Source: an uncultured Candidatus Saccharibacteria bacterium
Lineage (GTDB): Bacteria > Patescibacteriota > Minisyncoccia > Minisyncoccales > CAYJUL01
DNA: 63,927 nt
NCBI GenBank assembly: GCA_964401295.1
Contig: CAYNXX010000003.1
Span: forward strand, 1 to 63,927
Direction of reading: 5' to 3'
Part shown: in pieces, positions 48,041-56,669 of the stretch
How the letters are laid out: every line of letters starts with the position of its first letter
Position numbering within the stretch: position 1 is the stretch's first letter
Notes under the pieces: generated by a model
Seen by the model: the letters and a program-made list of their open reading frames with translations, nothing else
Told to the model about the DNA's origin: nothing
Databases searched by the model: none
Program-made: the position numbers and the translations under genes

Positions 48041-50773
48041 CTATCCGCTAGGCGTAGACGATGCCTGATCAGCTCCGGCCGGCTGCGCGGCGCTAGTGCT
48101 TGTCGATTGGGAATCGTTTACAGTTGGCGATTGCGTAGAGCTCGTTGTGCTAACACCTGCAGCTGTTGTAGTTGCGTTCTCGCTTGCCACACCGCTAGTT
48201 GTGGACGTGGCAATAGATGTAGTGGTGATTGTAGATGTGGTTGTGGTTGTAGCGGTGGGAGTAGACGTAGCGGTGCCAAGCGAGATTATATCGCCGGTGA
48301 TCGTGACGCCGCTCTCCGCGCCGCCCGCAGCTGCGCCATCGGGCGCAGCTGCGGGCGCCAAAGCAGAACTGGTAGAGCTTGCCGAAACGCATTCGCCCTG
48401 AACCAGTGACCAAATGCCGTTTTCAATTTGCGCGCACCAGATTTTGCCGGTTGCCTTGTCAACCATTTCAAGACCTCCTACGCGCGCGGTCCTAGCGAAC
48501 AATTTATCAACCACAAGCTGGCGCAAAGACAAAACGCCATCTTTTATCGTGCCGCCGATGGCCGCCAAAAAATCTTCAAAACCACCCGCAGTACCGGTTA
48601 AGAAACCCTTCAACTGACTAAACAGCGACGCATCGCTGGAAGCGGAGCCAGAAGTAAGGGCATAATTGGAATTTTCCGTACTGCTCGACACAACAATGCC
48701 GATGCCCTGATATTCCTTGCCTTGATCGGTCGGCCAATTACGCCAGTCAAAACGAGGCGCGCTAAGCCGCCATGAAACTTCAAGCGGCTTGTCGCCGAAA
48801 ATAATCAGGCGGTTATTTGCCGGATCTTTTTTATAAGAAACCTTAGCGCCATCCTCGGCCGAGAGCAAAACGCTCAATAAATCCATCTTCTCTCCGAAAT
48901 CTGTAACACGTTTGAATACCCATAAATCAGAGCCTTTCTTGGTCTTATTAAAATCAATAACATAGGCAAATAATCCCTCTTCTAAGCTCGGCAAAAGCTT
49001 GGCATTGCCGGCAACTTCTTCTTTAAGGCCAAGCATACTTGGCCCATAAGTTGCGTAAAGTAAATTATCGATGCTGTACAGCGGGTCCTGAACGCCAAAA
49101 GTAATTTTTGAATTGGCGCCTCCGTCGCCGATTATCAAATTAGTCGTGCTGGCGCTGGTTACCGCGCTGATGGTAAATGCGCTGGTCGCGGAGCGCCACA
49201 TCCTGAGCGGATCAGTCGTCCCAAACTGAATAGCGCTTGAAGAAGCAATCGGCGAGCTGTCAGCAACCGTAAGCAATGTTCCAGGTTGTGTCGTGCCGAT
49301 ACCGACACGTTTATTGGTGCTATCGAAAGTAACATAAGGTGTATTGGTACTATATGTGGCGATCTGAAGAGAGGTCGTAGAATCAGTATCTTGTGGCCTA
49401 ATACGCCCTCCGGCTTTTATCATGAAATCTGGATTGCTATTAAACGCAAATTGGGCGGTGCCGCTAGTATCTCTAATATTAATAAATCCTGCAGCGCCCA
49501 TCTGAATGTAGAGGTTATCATTACTTCCTTGGTATATCCCCCCACCCGTTGGTGCGCTGACGTCAGCGCTATTTCTAAAACGGATCCCTCGATTCCCCGT
49601 CCAATCTCCGTTATCTAGGGCCAGAATTCCACCTACGATATCCAATTTTGCTGACGGTGCTATCGTCCCAATCCCGACTTTGCCGCCTAAGGTTGCGAGC
49701 GTTGTGGTCGCGGTAGTGATTGCGGTTCCAACAACATGCAAGGTGCTAGACGCCTGCGTTGTCCCGATGCCTAAACGATTGTTAGTGTTATCCCAAAAGA
49801 AGTTAGCATTGTTTTGAGCAATAACTCCGCTCACGCCGGCAAACAAAACAGAACCAGAAGTCAGCCCTGAAATAGTCGTGCTTGCGGTTGATAAGGTTCC
49901 TGCCGCAGTAACATTGCCCGAGGAATCAACAAGAAACTTCTGCGTACCATTCACCGCCGCTCCGAAAAGCGTCCAGCCTGCCGTGGCGTTGACCGGGTTG
50001 ATATAGATAGAGCCTTGCGATACGCCGGTGCCTGTCGGCAATGCGTCAAAGGTTATCAAACCGTCTGCATTGTCAGCAACGTCGCTTCGCAAAAATTGGG
50101 TTGAATCCAGATTATCCAATTTATCCGCATCAAACGCTGCGGGTGCGGCACCGAGTTTTTTGCGTGGAATCATTTCTGAATCAGAACCAACGGTAACGCC
50201 AAGCCACAAAGTTTGGCCGAAATCAATGCTCGCCAAACTCGTAAGAGTTCCCAGCATTGTTGAAAATAATCCGGATTTGGTATATATTTGGTTCGTAACG
50301 GTATCGCCATTTGACCAAGTGGAAAATGTGCTATAAACGCAGATAAAATTATTCGTTGTGTCAACCGATTTTATAACCGCGGACTCTTTTTTATTCGTAT
50401 CCCAGAGATATTGGCCTGCCGCCAAGGTGTTTTCGTTGGTGTTATTAGTGTATGCTACTTTGTCGTCGCCGCCACAGTTAGTTGCATCAGACTTAGTAAA
50501 AGTTATGTTTGTGTCTGTGAAAAGCGCGGATGCGATCCAAGATTCGGTCCAAATCGCGATTCCCCCGCCGGCCGCGGCGTAAAGCTTGAAAACCATATCC
50601 CGCGTCGCGTCCGCGACCGCCACTCCGGTTGAATCAGTAAGTTTGCCCTGATAATTTAGCTCGGGGTTGAAAGCGGCGCGCGAAATTTGATTGGCTCCAA
50701 AAATAAGTCCGCCAAATATAGCTACGACTACGACTAAAATTATTGTTATTTTATTTTGGAACCATTTTTCCAT
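48041..50773 (-). CDS. Large N-terminally anchored surface fibre protein with tail-fibre-like motifs and an S/T/A-rich tail
   Basis: N-terminal TM segment. It has three xxxGIGTxxxxxxLxV motifs (NNRLGIGTTQASSTLHV, GGKVGIGTIAPSAKLDI, NKRVGIGTTQPGTLLTV). The C-terminal 120 aa or so are low-complexity S/T/A. Confidence 0.6.
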   Translation of the reverse strand: MEKWFQNKITIILVVVVAIFGGLIFGANQISRAAFNPELNYQGKLTDSTGVAVADATRDMVFKLYAAAGGGIAIWTESWIASALFTDTNITFTKSDATNCGGDDKVAYTNNTNENTLAAGQYLWDTNKKESAVIKSVDTTNNFICVYSTFSTWSNGDTVTNQIYTKSGLFSTMLGTLTSLASIDFGQTLWLGVTVGSDSEMIPRKKLGAAPAAFDADKLDNLDSTQFLRSDVADNADGLITFDALPTGTGVSQGSIYINPVNATAGWTLFGAAVNGTQKFLVDSSGNVTAAGTLSTASTTISGLTSGSVLFAGVSGVIAQNNANFFWDNTNNRLGIGTTQASSTLHVVGTAITTATTTLATLGGKVGIGTIAPSAKLDIVGGILALDNGDWTGNRGIRFRNSADVSAPTGGGIYQGSNDNLYIQMGAAGFINIRDTSGTAQFAFNSNPDFMIKAGGRIRPQDTDSTTSLQIATYSTNTPYVTFDSTNKRVGIGTTQPGTLLTVADSSPIASSSAIQFGTTDPLRMWRSATSAFTISAVTSASTTNLIIGDGGANSKITFGVQDPLYSIDNLLYATYGPSMLGLKEEVAGNAKLLPSLEEGLFAYVIDFNKTKKGSDLWVFKRVTDFGEKMDLLSVLLSAEDGAKVSYKKDPANNRLIIFGDKPLEVSWRLSAPRFDWRNWPTDQGKEYQGIGIVVSSSTENSNYALTSGSASSDASLFSQLKGFLTGTAGGFEDFLAAIGGTIKDGVLSLRQLVVDKLFARTARVGGLEMVDKATGKIWCAQIENGIWSLVQGECVSASSTSSALAPAAAPDGAAAGGAESGVTITGDIISLGTATSTPTATTTTTSTITTTSIATSTTSGVASENATTTAAGVSTTSSTQSPTVNDSQSTSTSAAQPAGADQASSTPSG

Positions 50774-50797
50774 ACTTTTTTGTCCTACGTTTTAAAT

Positions 50798-50818
50798 GTT
50801 TAAAGTGTCACTTTAAAC
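50798..50818. repeat. Perfect 21-bp palindrome GTTTAAAGTG-T-CACTTTAAAC, copy a
   Basis: Exact match to the copies at 54714, 59596 and 60472. Pairing extends to 50795-50821. It lies 25 nt upstream of the start codon at 50773. Confidence 0.9.
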
Positions 50819-52431
50819 ATTGGGGCGTCGTTTCTAGAAAGTTGCTGAATTAATCTTATTCGCGACGGCTTATCCTGTTGTCTGGTCGGCGGGATTTGCG
50901 CCGATGTTAAGATTGATCTTTGGGGCGTTGACCGCGCAACGGCCCGCACTTGCGCCGGTGCCTGCGGCATATGTGCAGTCTGAATAGCGGGTCGGCGCAG
51001 GATCGGCTGATGCGCAGATGGCGCCTGTGACGCGGGCGCCGCTTTATTACGCAATTTTTTTAATTTTTTCGCGGCGAGCAATAAAATCAGCAATAGTAAT
51101 ATATATGGAAGCCATCGCCAGATTCCCGGGCGAACCGGCTGTGGCGCTGGTGCCATAGCTGCCAGCAAAATCTCTATTTCCCCTGCCATGCGTTTTCTGA
51201 CCTGATTTTTAAAATCCATCACGCTGATGTAAAGCGGATAAGTTATTGGGCTATCGGGTGGAAAAATTCTTGCCTCGTATGCGGTTTTATCACCATTGAT
51301 GCGCAAAATAAAGGAAAATAATCTTCTCGTTGCCAGCGCCTGAGCCAGCGAAGCCTGCTGATTTTCCAATCCACTCTGATCTGTAGATTTGACATCTGCA
51401 TTACGGTCCTGCGGTTTTTCCAAAGTAACCAGTATGGTTTTTAAAACTTTCGGTGCTTTTTCATAGGCAAGTTTTACCGTAATCGGTGGACCTATCTGCG
51501 CCTGTACTTTTCCCTCGATCATCGGCAAACGTTTTCCTTCCTGCCAGAATTCAAAATCGGATAACTGCAGCGCTTTAAGTTCGGGCAGAATCCCTGCGGT
51601 TGGCGGAAAAAGTTCGGGGGGCACAGTTGTCGGCGCGCCGGGCGTGGCGAACGCGATCGCGCCAGATGCATACTTGCCAGATTTATCATAGGCGAAAGCC
51701 GTATAATAATAACCCACGCCGTTGATCAAACCATTATCAACAAACGATTCGCCATTAGAATTATAGATAACTTCGCCGTCGTAGAGATCCTGTGGATAAA
51801 AGAAAGTGCTGCGCAAAATTCTCACTCCTTTGAAATTTGGATCCTTCGGATTTTGCCAGGTTAAATTTACCTGCCCATCGCCGGCCACCGCCTGGAAATT
51901 TTGCACGTTTGGCGGTGGCGCTGGCACAAATAATGTTCTAAAGGTTTTATCCGTGGTAAAGCCCAACCTGTTTTTGTTATCTCGCGCTTCAATCTTGAAG
52001 TGATATAAAGTGTCTTGGTTTAAATCTATAAGCGCAACCGAGTGTTCGGTGGAAGGTTTTATTTCGGCAATCGTTTCAATTTCATATTCGGCGGTGCGTC
52101 CCAAGAAAAATTGTGAAATAGCCGGCTTTGACGTTTTCCAAGAAATAATCGCGCTGTTATAACTTGGCCTTACAACAATATCCGTGATACGCGGGGGAAA
52201 TATATCCACGAATCCTCCTCCCGGGATGGACACAGGACAATCCGTAGGACAGTTCGTTGAGTTTTCTCCCGACTCGCAAATACCATTGCCGCAGACTGGC
52301 CCGACAACACTAGCTACGACATCTTGCGTAATAATCACTTTGTCCGAAGTTAAATCAGCGCTCGTTTCTGAAAACCCCGTCAACGAAGCCGCAAATGCAA
52401 ATATTAAAATGTAAATCAAGATCTGCTTCAT
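50800..52431 (-). CDS. Secreted/anchored protein with FN3-like domains, a C-terminal TM segment and a P/Q/A-rich tail
   Basis: Signal peptide, Cys knot CGNGICESGENSTNCPTDC, FN3-like PPPNVQNFQAVAGDGQVNLTWQNP...YYYTAFAYD, TM segment WLPYILLLLILLLAA. The last 6 codons and the stop lie inside palindrome copy a. Confidence 0.65.
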   Translation of the reverse strand: MKQILIYILIFAFAASLTGFSETSADLTSDKVIITQDVVASVVGPVCGNGICESGENSTNCPTDCPVSIPGGGFVDIFPPRITDIVVRPSYNSAIISWKTSKPAISQFFLGRTAEYEIETIAEIKPSTEHSVALIDLNQDTLYHFKIEARDNKNRLGFTTDKTFRTLFVPAPPPNVQNFQAVAGDGQVNLTWQNPKDPNFKGVRILRSTFFYPQDLYDGEVIYNSNGESFVDNGLINGVGYYYTAFAYDKSGKYASGAIAFATPGAPTTVPPELFPPTAGILPELKALQLSDFEFWQEGKRLPMIEGKVQAQIGPPITVKLAYEKAPKVLKTILVTLEKPQDRNADVKSTDQSGLENQQASLAQALATRRLFSFILRINGDKTAYEARIFPPDSPITYPLYISVMDFKNQVRKRMAGEIEILLAAMAPAPQPVRPGIWRWLPYILLLLILLLAAKKLKKLRNKAAPASQAPSAHQPILRRPAIQTAHMPQAPAQVRAVARSTPQRSILTSAQIPPTRQQDKPSRIRLIQQLSRNDAPMFKVTL

Positions 52432-54686
52432 TTGGTCTTTGCTGGATTTTGATTGGAATTTTGATCCGGACTTGGCGCCGTCAATTTTTCGGCATCAGCC
52501 TTCAATTTATCTGCGTAAAACGGGTAAACCTCGATCGCCTTTTGATATATATCTTTGGCCGTATTTTGATCCCCGAGCTGCCCGAAAAGCCAGGCCGTTG
52601 CTTCAAAAAATGTAATCTCTGGGCTGGCTTCCTGACGCATACGCGCTATGGTTTCGGGACTAAATCCCGGTAATTGTTTCAATAATTCTTTAACCCCGCC
52701 CATCCTCTCTGTGTATTTGAGCTCAATTCCGTTTTTAAAGTGCTCCGCGGCTTTCTGTGATTGACTAGAGCGCAGGTATACGATACCCATAATTCTTTGC
52801 ATTTCAAAAGCATCTTGAGGTCTTTGTAATGAAAGTTGATAGCCGCGGTTAAAATACTCTTCGCCTTTGGCGTAATCTCCTTCATAGATGTAAAAACGGC
52901 CCAAAATATAATAGTATTGCAGCCATTGTTTGTTAAAAGCCAGGGCCTTTTTTGATATATCCTCTCCTTCGCGCAGAAAATCTTTATTTTGACTGACCAG
53001 ATAGAGCCATTCGTCAGATCTAGCGGCAGCTTCATAGAAATTAAGGTACCTTATCTCCGGCTGATCCAAACTTTTCAGCAGTTCCGGCCGGAACTGCGCA
53101 AGATTTTCCAAGATTTCTTTTTGCCATTGGCCGCCGGCCTGCTGATCAAGAACTGTAAGATCGCGCCCGACCATATTAAGAAGGATTTCTCTTCTGTACT
53201 GAGTGGTGCGATCCATGGCGCGCTGGTAATACTTAAGCGCGCCCGGAAAATCTTTCTGTTCCATAAAAAATCCACGCACCGTATCATAGCTTGCGAGGAC
53301 CGATTTTACATTGACAAAATATATGCTTAAAATCGCCAATGGCAGAAACGCTATAATGATTGCCTGTTTTAACGGCGCCAGATTCACTGGGAAACGCCGC
53401 TCGACGAAATAATTATTATTAACAAAGGCAAGTACGAGAAATAAAACAAGATAAGTGCTAAGAGTATCAAATGCAAAAATATTCTGTAAAAAATATGAAA
53501 TAAATAACGATATTAAGAGGAAAGTCGGAAGCTCCCCCATTTTTTTCCTACCACGCCATAAAGCCGCGAAGGCTAAAACTAGAATTAAAATATAACTTAA
53601 TGCGCCAACCATTCCGGTCTCGGCCATAAAATTTAAAATCTCATTATGCGCATCGCTAAAAACGTAATAAGCCTGAATATATTGCTGATAACGAGCTTCG
53701 AAATATTTGTAATAAAGATAGTTGAAAGATTCGGCGCCCCAACCAAATATAGGTCTGTCGCGCCATGCTTTGATCGCTGTTTCCCATCCTGGGAAACGAC
53801 CCATTATGCTGGCCGGATTAAATCCCTGCAAGAATCTAGCGCCTAACGATCCTTGTTTAAAAAGGATTTTTGATTCAAACACAATAAGCAAGAGCAATAA
53901 AATGCTTATTGCCAATGCGCCGATTAAAATATATTTTCTGAGGTTTTTTCTTGAATTAAGAAGCGGTAGGAAATAGAAAAAACCCGTTATTGCAAGCCCC
54001 AATAAAAGACCCAGGAGCGCAGACCTCCCGCCAGACAAGAAAAGAGCGACTGCTTCAAGTGCGGCAAGCGCAAGCCAGACATTTCTTAAAATTTTTTCCT
54101 TTTCAACGGCAGCAAGATATAAAGCCAGAAAAATAGTCATTGCCAGAAAAAAACCGAAATAAACTGGATTGGAAAGAGTCCCGCTTATTCTGCCCGTCTG
54201 AATACCCACCCCGTAAAATCCAGCTATGCCTAGTTTTTGGACGAATCCAGCTAAGGTGGAAACAAAACTTATCAGCACTATTGCGCGCAAAGGAAACAAC
54301 CAACTATTATATGTCTGGAAAAGACCTGATGCGATTACAAAAAAAACTAAATAATGCAAAATTGTCACAAGGCCGCCACCACCCTCTAAACTTCCCCAAA
54401 AACTTCGTATAATGTTAAATCCAGTGATAGAAGATATAAGCATTGCGGCGAAAAATATCAGTAACATGCCCGTCAATAAGGTAAATTTTGGGGCATAACG
54501 GCTATCTATTAACAGCAAGATCAGATATAAAATTGCCACCACCTCAACTGCGGTTCTAAAATATATGGTTTTTGGATATTCCGAGAAAGATAAACCGAAT
54601 GGTCCCAAAACCAATGGCGCGAATAAGGTAATAAAAATCCCTATTTTTGCGGCTTCGAAAATATATTTTTTAATATTCTTCTCCAT
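52428..54686 (-). CDS. Second O-antigen ligase family (Wzy_C) membrane protein with C-terminal TPR repeats
   Basis: SGGRSALLGL and DAHNEILNFMAETGMVG motifs, with the same architecture as 37069-39336. ATGA overlap with the downstream FN3 gene. Confidence 0.8.
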   Translation of the reverse strand: MEKNIKKYIFEAAKIGIFITLFAPLVLGPFGLSFSEYPKTIYFRTAVEVVAILYLILLLIDSRYAPKFTLLTGMLLIFFAAMLISSITGFNIIRSFWGSLEGGGGLVTILHYLVFFVIASGLFQTYNSWLFPLRAIVLISFVSTLAGFVQKLGIAGFYGVGIQTGRISGTLSNPVYFGFFLAMTIFLALYLAAVEKEKILRNVWLALAALEAVALFLSGGRSALLGLLLGLAITGFFYFLPLLNSRKNLRKYILIGALAISILLLLLIVFESKILFKQGSLGARFLQGFNPASIMGRFPGWETAIKAWRDRPIFGWGAESFNYLYYKYFEARYQQYIQAYYVFSDAHNEILNFMAETGMVGALSYILILVLAFAALWRGRKKMGELPTFLLISLFISYFLQNIFAFDTLSTYLVLFLVLAFVNNNYFVERRFPVNLAPLKQAIIIAFLPLAILSIYFVNVKSVLASYDTVRGFFMEQKDFPGALKYYQRAMDRTTQYRREILLNMVGRDLTVLDQQAGGQWQKEILENLAQFRPELLKSLDQPEIRYLNFYEAAARSDEWLYLVSQNKDFLREGEDISKKALAFNKQWLQYYYILGRFYIYEGDYAKGEEYFNRGYQLSLQRPQDAFEMQRIMGIVYLRSSQSQKAAEHFKNGIELKYTERMGGVKELLKQLPGFSPETIARMRQEASPEITFFEATAWLFGQLGDQNTAKDIYQKAIEVYPFYADKLKADAEKLTAPSPDQNSNQNPAKTK

Positions 54687-54713
54687 TATTATTTATTATT
54701 TTATTATTTATCT

Positions 54714-54734
54714 GTTTAAAGTGTCACTTTAAAC
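54714..54734. repeat. Perfect 21-bp palindrome, copy b
   Basis: Exact copy, 28 nt upstream of the start codon at 54686 and 9 nt downstream of the stop at 54743. Confidence 0.9.
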
Positions 54735-54742
54735 ATTAAATT

Positions 54743-55501
54743 TTAATTTGGCGTGGCTGTTACGATTATCATAGCTGTATAAGTTCCTGCTGTTTGAGTA
54801 TTGGCGGATCCAGACATTGCCTCTACTTTAATAGTTGTATTGGTGCCGGACGGCTGATTTGCAAAGAGCGAATTGGAAATATTTACGTCTGAGGTGGCAA
54901 AATTATACCAGCAAGCATCCGACGTATTACCAGAACCAACTCCGCATGTTGAACCATTATCAAGGAACTTTTGAACAACATCGGTTCCTTCGGGCGTAAA
55001 TCCGAATTCAGAAGTATTGTTGGCAATAGAAAAGCTAAAATCAGACGTTCCGGATTGAGCCGGCGTATAATCGGCAAAACTATTCCCTCCGCTTTTAAGC
55101 GCTGGCGCCGTAGAGGCCCGCGCAGTAAGCGTATAACCAGCCAAATTGTCGGTTATAACGGTCCAGCTGGCGGATCCTGTGGCCGCTCCCCCGCCTATAC
55201 CTGGAATAACCTGAGACATAGTGATATCCGGAGGCGCACTGATGGAAATAAAGGTTTCAGCCATTTGTTGATAACCAGATTTTATTTTATAATTCGCGCT
55301 TTGCGATTCATCGCTGCCTATTTCACCGATTGTATCTTTGCTTAAATAACTTGATGATTTTTGATCAATGCCTCCTATATTTATTGAATCTGATGGTATG
55401 CGATAATTTTGGCTGGACATAAAAGCCAAAACGGGATTTACCGCAAAAAAAGCGGAAATCCCGAATAAAAGTGATATAAATGTGGTGATAGTTTTGTTCA
55501 T
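54743..55501 (-). CDS. Secreted surface protein, paralogue of 56670-57347 (WxL-like by architecture)
   Basis: Signal peptide and N-terminal SxNYxI...SANYKI motifs. Blocks shared with the paralogue include ITMSQVIPGIGGGAATGSASWTV, FADYTPAQSGTSDF, FLDNGSTCG...DACWYNFAT and GTYTAMIIVTAT. Confidence 0.5.
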   Translation of the reverse strand: MNKTITTFISLLFGISAFFAVNPVLAFMSSQNYRIPSDSINIGGIDQKSSSYLSKDTIGEIGSDESQSANYKIKSGYQQMAETFISISAPPDITMSQVIPGIGGGAATGSASWTVITDNLAGYTLTARASTAPALKSGGNSFADYTPAQSGTSDFSFSIANNTSEFGFTPEGTDVVQKFLDNGSTCGVGSGNTSDACWYNFATSDVNISNSLFANQPSGTNTTIKVEAMSGSANTQTAGTYTAMIIVTATPN

Positions 55502-55557
55502 TGCATATATGTTGTAAACACGTTGTAGACATTATCTTAGAGACTGCACGCAGAGAC

Positions 55558-55586
55558 TTGACATAGAATATGGGGGGGGGCATTAT
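55558..55586 (+). promoter_or_regulatory. Promoter-like element with a G9 homopolymer inside the 17-bp spacer
   Basis: TTGACA (55558-55563), spacer TAGAATATGGGGGGGGG (G9 at 55572-55580), CATTAT (55581-55586). Confidence 0.3.
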
Positions 55587-55655
55587 CAAAATGAAGGCTC
55601 TTGACGCAAAAGTGGCTTAATTTTTACTGTGGGCTACCGATGCGCGGGTCTTCAT

Positions 55656-55690
55656 CCTCCGACTGCAATCGGAGGGTTTATTTTATTTTT
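55656..55690 (+). terminator. Plus-strand intrinsic terminator inside an all-minus-strand gene array
   Basis: CCTCCGA-CTGCAA-TCGGAGG followed by GTTTATTTTATTTTTT. On the minus strand no U-run follows. Confidence 0.45.
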
Positions 55691-56666
55691 TAAATTTTAT
55701 TTCTATCTTGCGCAATAATAAAATAATTATAAATACTATTAAAATTATTGCCGCGAGGCCAACAGCCATGATTTTCCAGGGAACCACCCAAAAATCAACT
55801 TCTTTTTGGTCAATAATATTCTCATATCCCCTGTTTAAACTTAGCGTTGCCGTATAACGTCCCCAAAGCCAGGGCTTATCCCACGTAATCTCGCGCGTCC
55901 GCAAAGAGGTCGGCATTGAGAAAAAAGAATCAACGGGCGCTTCTCCTACCTCTTTACCTAAAAGATTTTTTATTTTGATTGCGCCGTATGGCACAACGTG
56001 AATACTACCGTCATTTTGGTAGGCCAAACTGAAAGAGATCGGTCCTTTTGAATAAAATCTCGCCTGATTTGTAAGTTTAAAACTTTTTAAATAAGCATTC
56101 GCTTGCACTTCGCCGTTCACTCTTACAAAAAATAAACTGGCAATACGAGTTTTCACCGTAACGCTTCCGCTGACATTTTCTGCATTTTCTGTGCTCGTGG
56201 CTCCAGGATTGGTAGATACCAGTATTGCTCCATATCTTCCACCCGGTTCTGCGTCTGACGGCACGTTGACACTTACCTTAAAATTAATTCTCTGGCCGTG
56301 AGCCAATGTAAACTCCGTTATTTCCGGCTTTAAATAATCTTTAAGAGAATAGAGACCCTTTTGATCGCCCAAAAGAACAACTGTCTGCGTCGGATCATAC
56401 GAACCGGTAAAATCTTCTGTTTGTATTTTAAAACTCATCGTCCTGCCCAGTCTATTCATAACGTAAAAATCTTTCACTGCGCTTTCGCCAGGATTTAAGA
56501 AGAATTCGTTTCTCGTTGGACCGACAACAAAATCATTAAGATTGGTGGGTACATCGGGAACTCCCTCTATGCTGTATGCCAAAATAGACGGCGCGCCAAA
56601 AAACATACCGCTTAATATCAACAGAGAACCAATGAAAAATATTTTATTTTTGGTCCAGATGCGCAT
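55683..56666 (-). CDS. Two-domain beta-rich surface protein with a C-terminal TM anchor (DUF916/DUF3324-like architecture)
   Basis: Signal peptide and two Ig-like-looking halves (FLNPGESAVKDFYVMN..., PSDAEPGGRYGAILVS; second half ...GRYTATLSL...FWVVPW). It ends in a C-terminal TM segment plus a basic tail, LLRKIEIKFKK. Confidence 0.5.
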   Translation of the reverse strand: MRIWTKNKIFFIGSLLILSGMFFGAPSILAYSIEGVPDVPTNLNDFVVGPTRNEFFLNPGESAVKDFYVMNRLGRTMSFKIQTEDFTGSYDPTQTVVLLGDQKGLYSLKDYLKPEITEFTLAHGQRINFKVSVNVPSDAEPGGRYGAILVSTNPGATSTENAENVSGSVTVKTRIASLFFVRVNGEVQANAYLKSFKLTNQARFYSKGPISFSLAYQNDGSIHVVPYGAIKIKNLLGKEVGEAPVDSFFSMPTSLRTREITWDKPWLWGRYTATLSLNRGYENIIDQKEVDFWVVPWKIMAVGLAAIILIVFIIILLLRKIEIKFKK

Positions 56667-56669
56667 AAT

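Noticed and set aside
48005-48471. Several ORFs on both strands (48005-48409 +, 48096-48401 +, 48195-48413 -, 48286-48471 -) in the fibre-gene tail
   Set aside because: All lie inside the S/T/A low-complexity coding region of the 910-aa gene. The repetitive GC-rich codons keep alternative frames open, and none has independent start signals.
55590-55619. 9-codon ORF (MKALDAKVA) in the candidate small transcript
   Set aside because: It is too short and lacks an SD, so I did not call it a gene. It is mentioned only as content of the putative plus-strand transcript.
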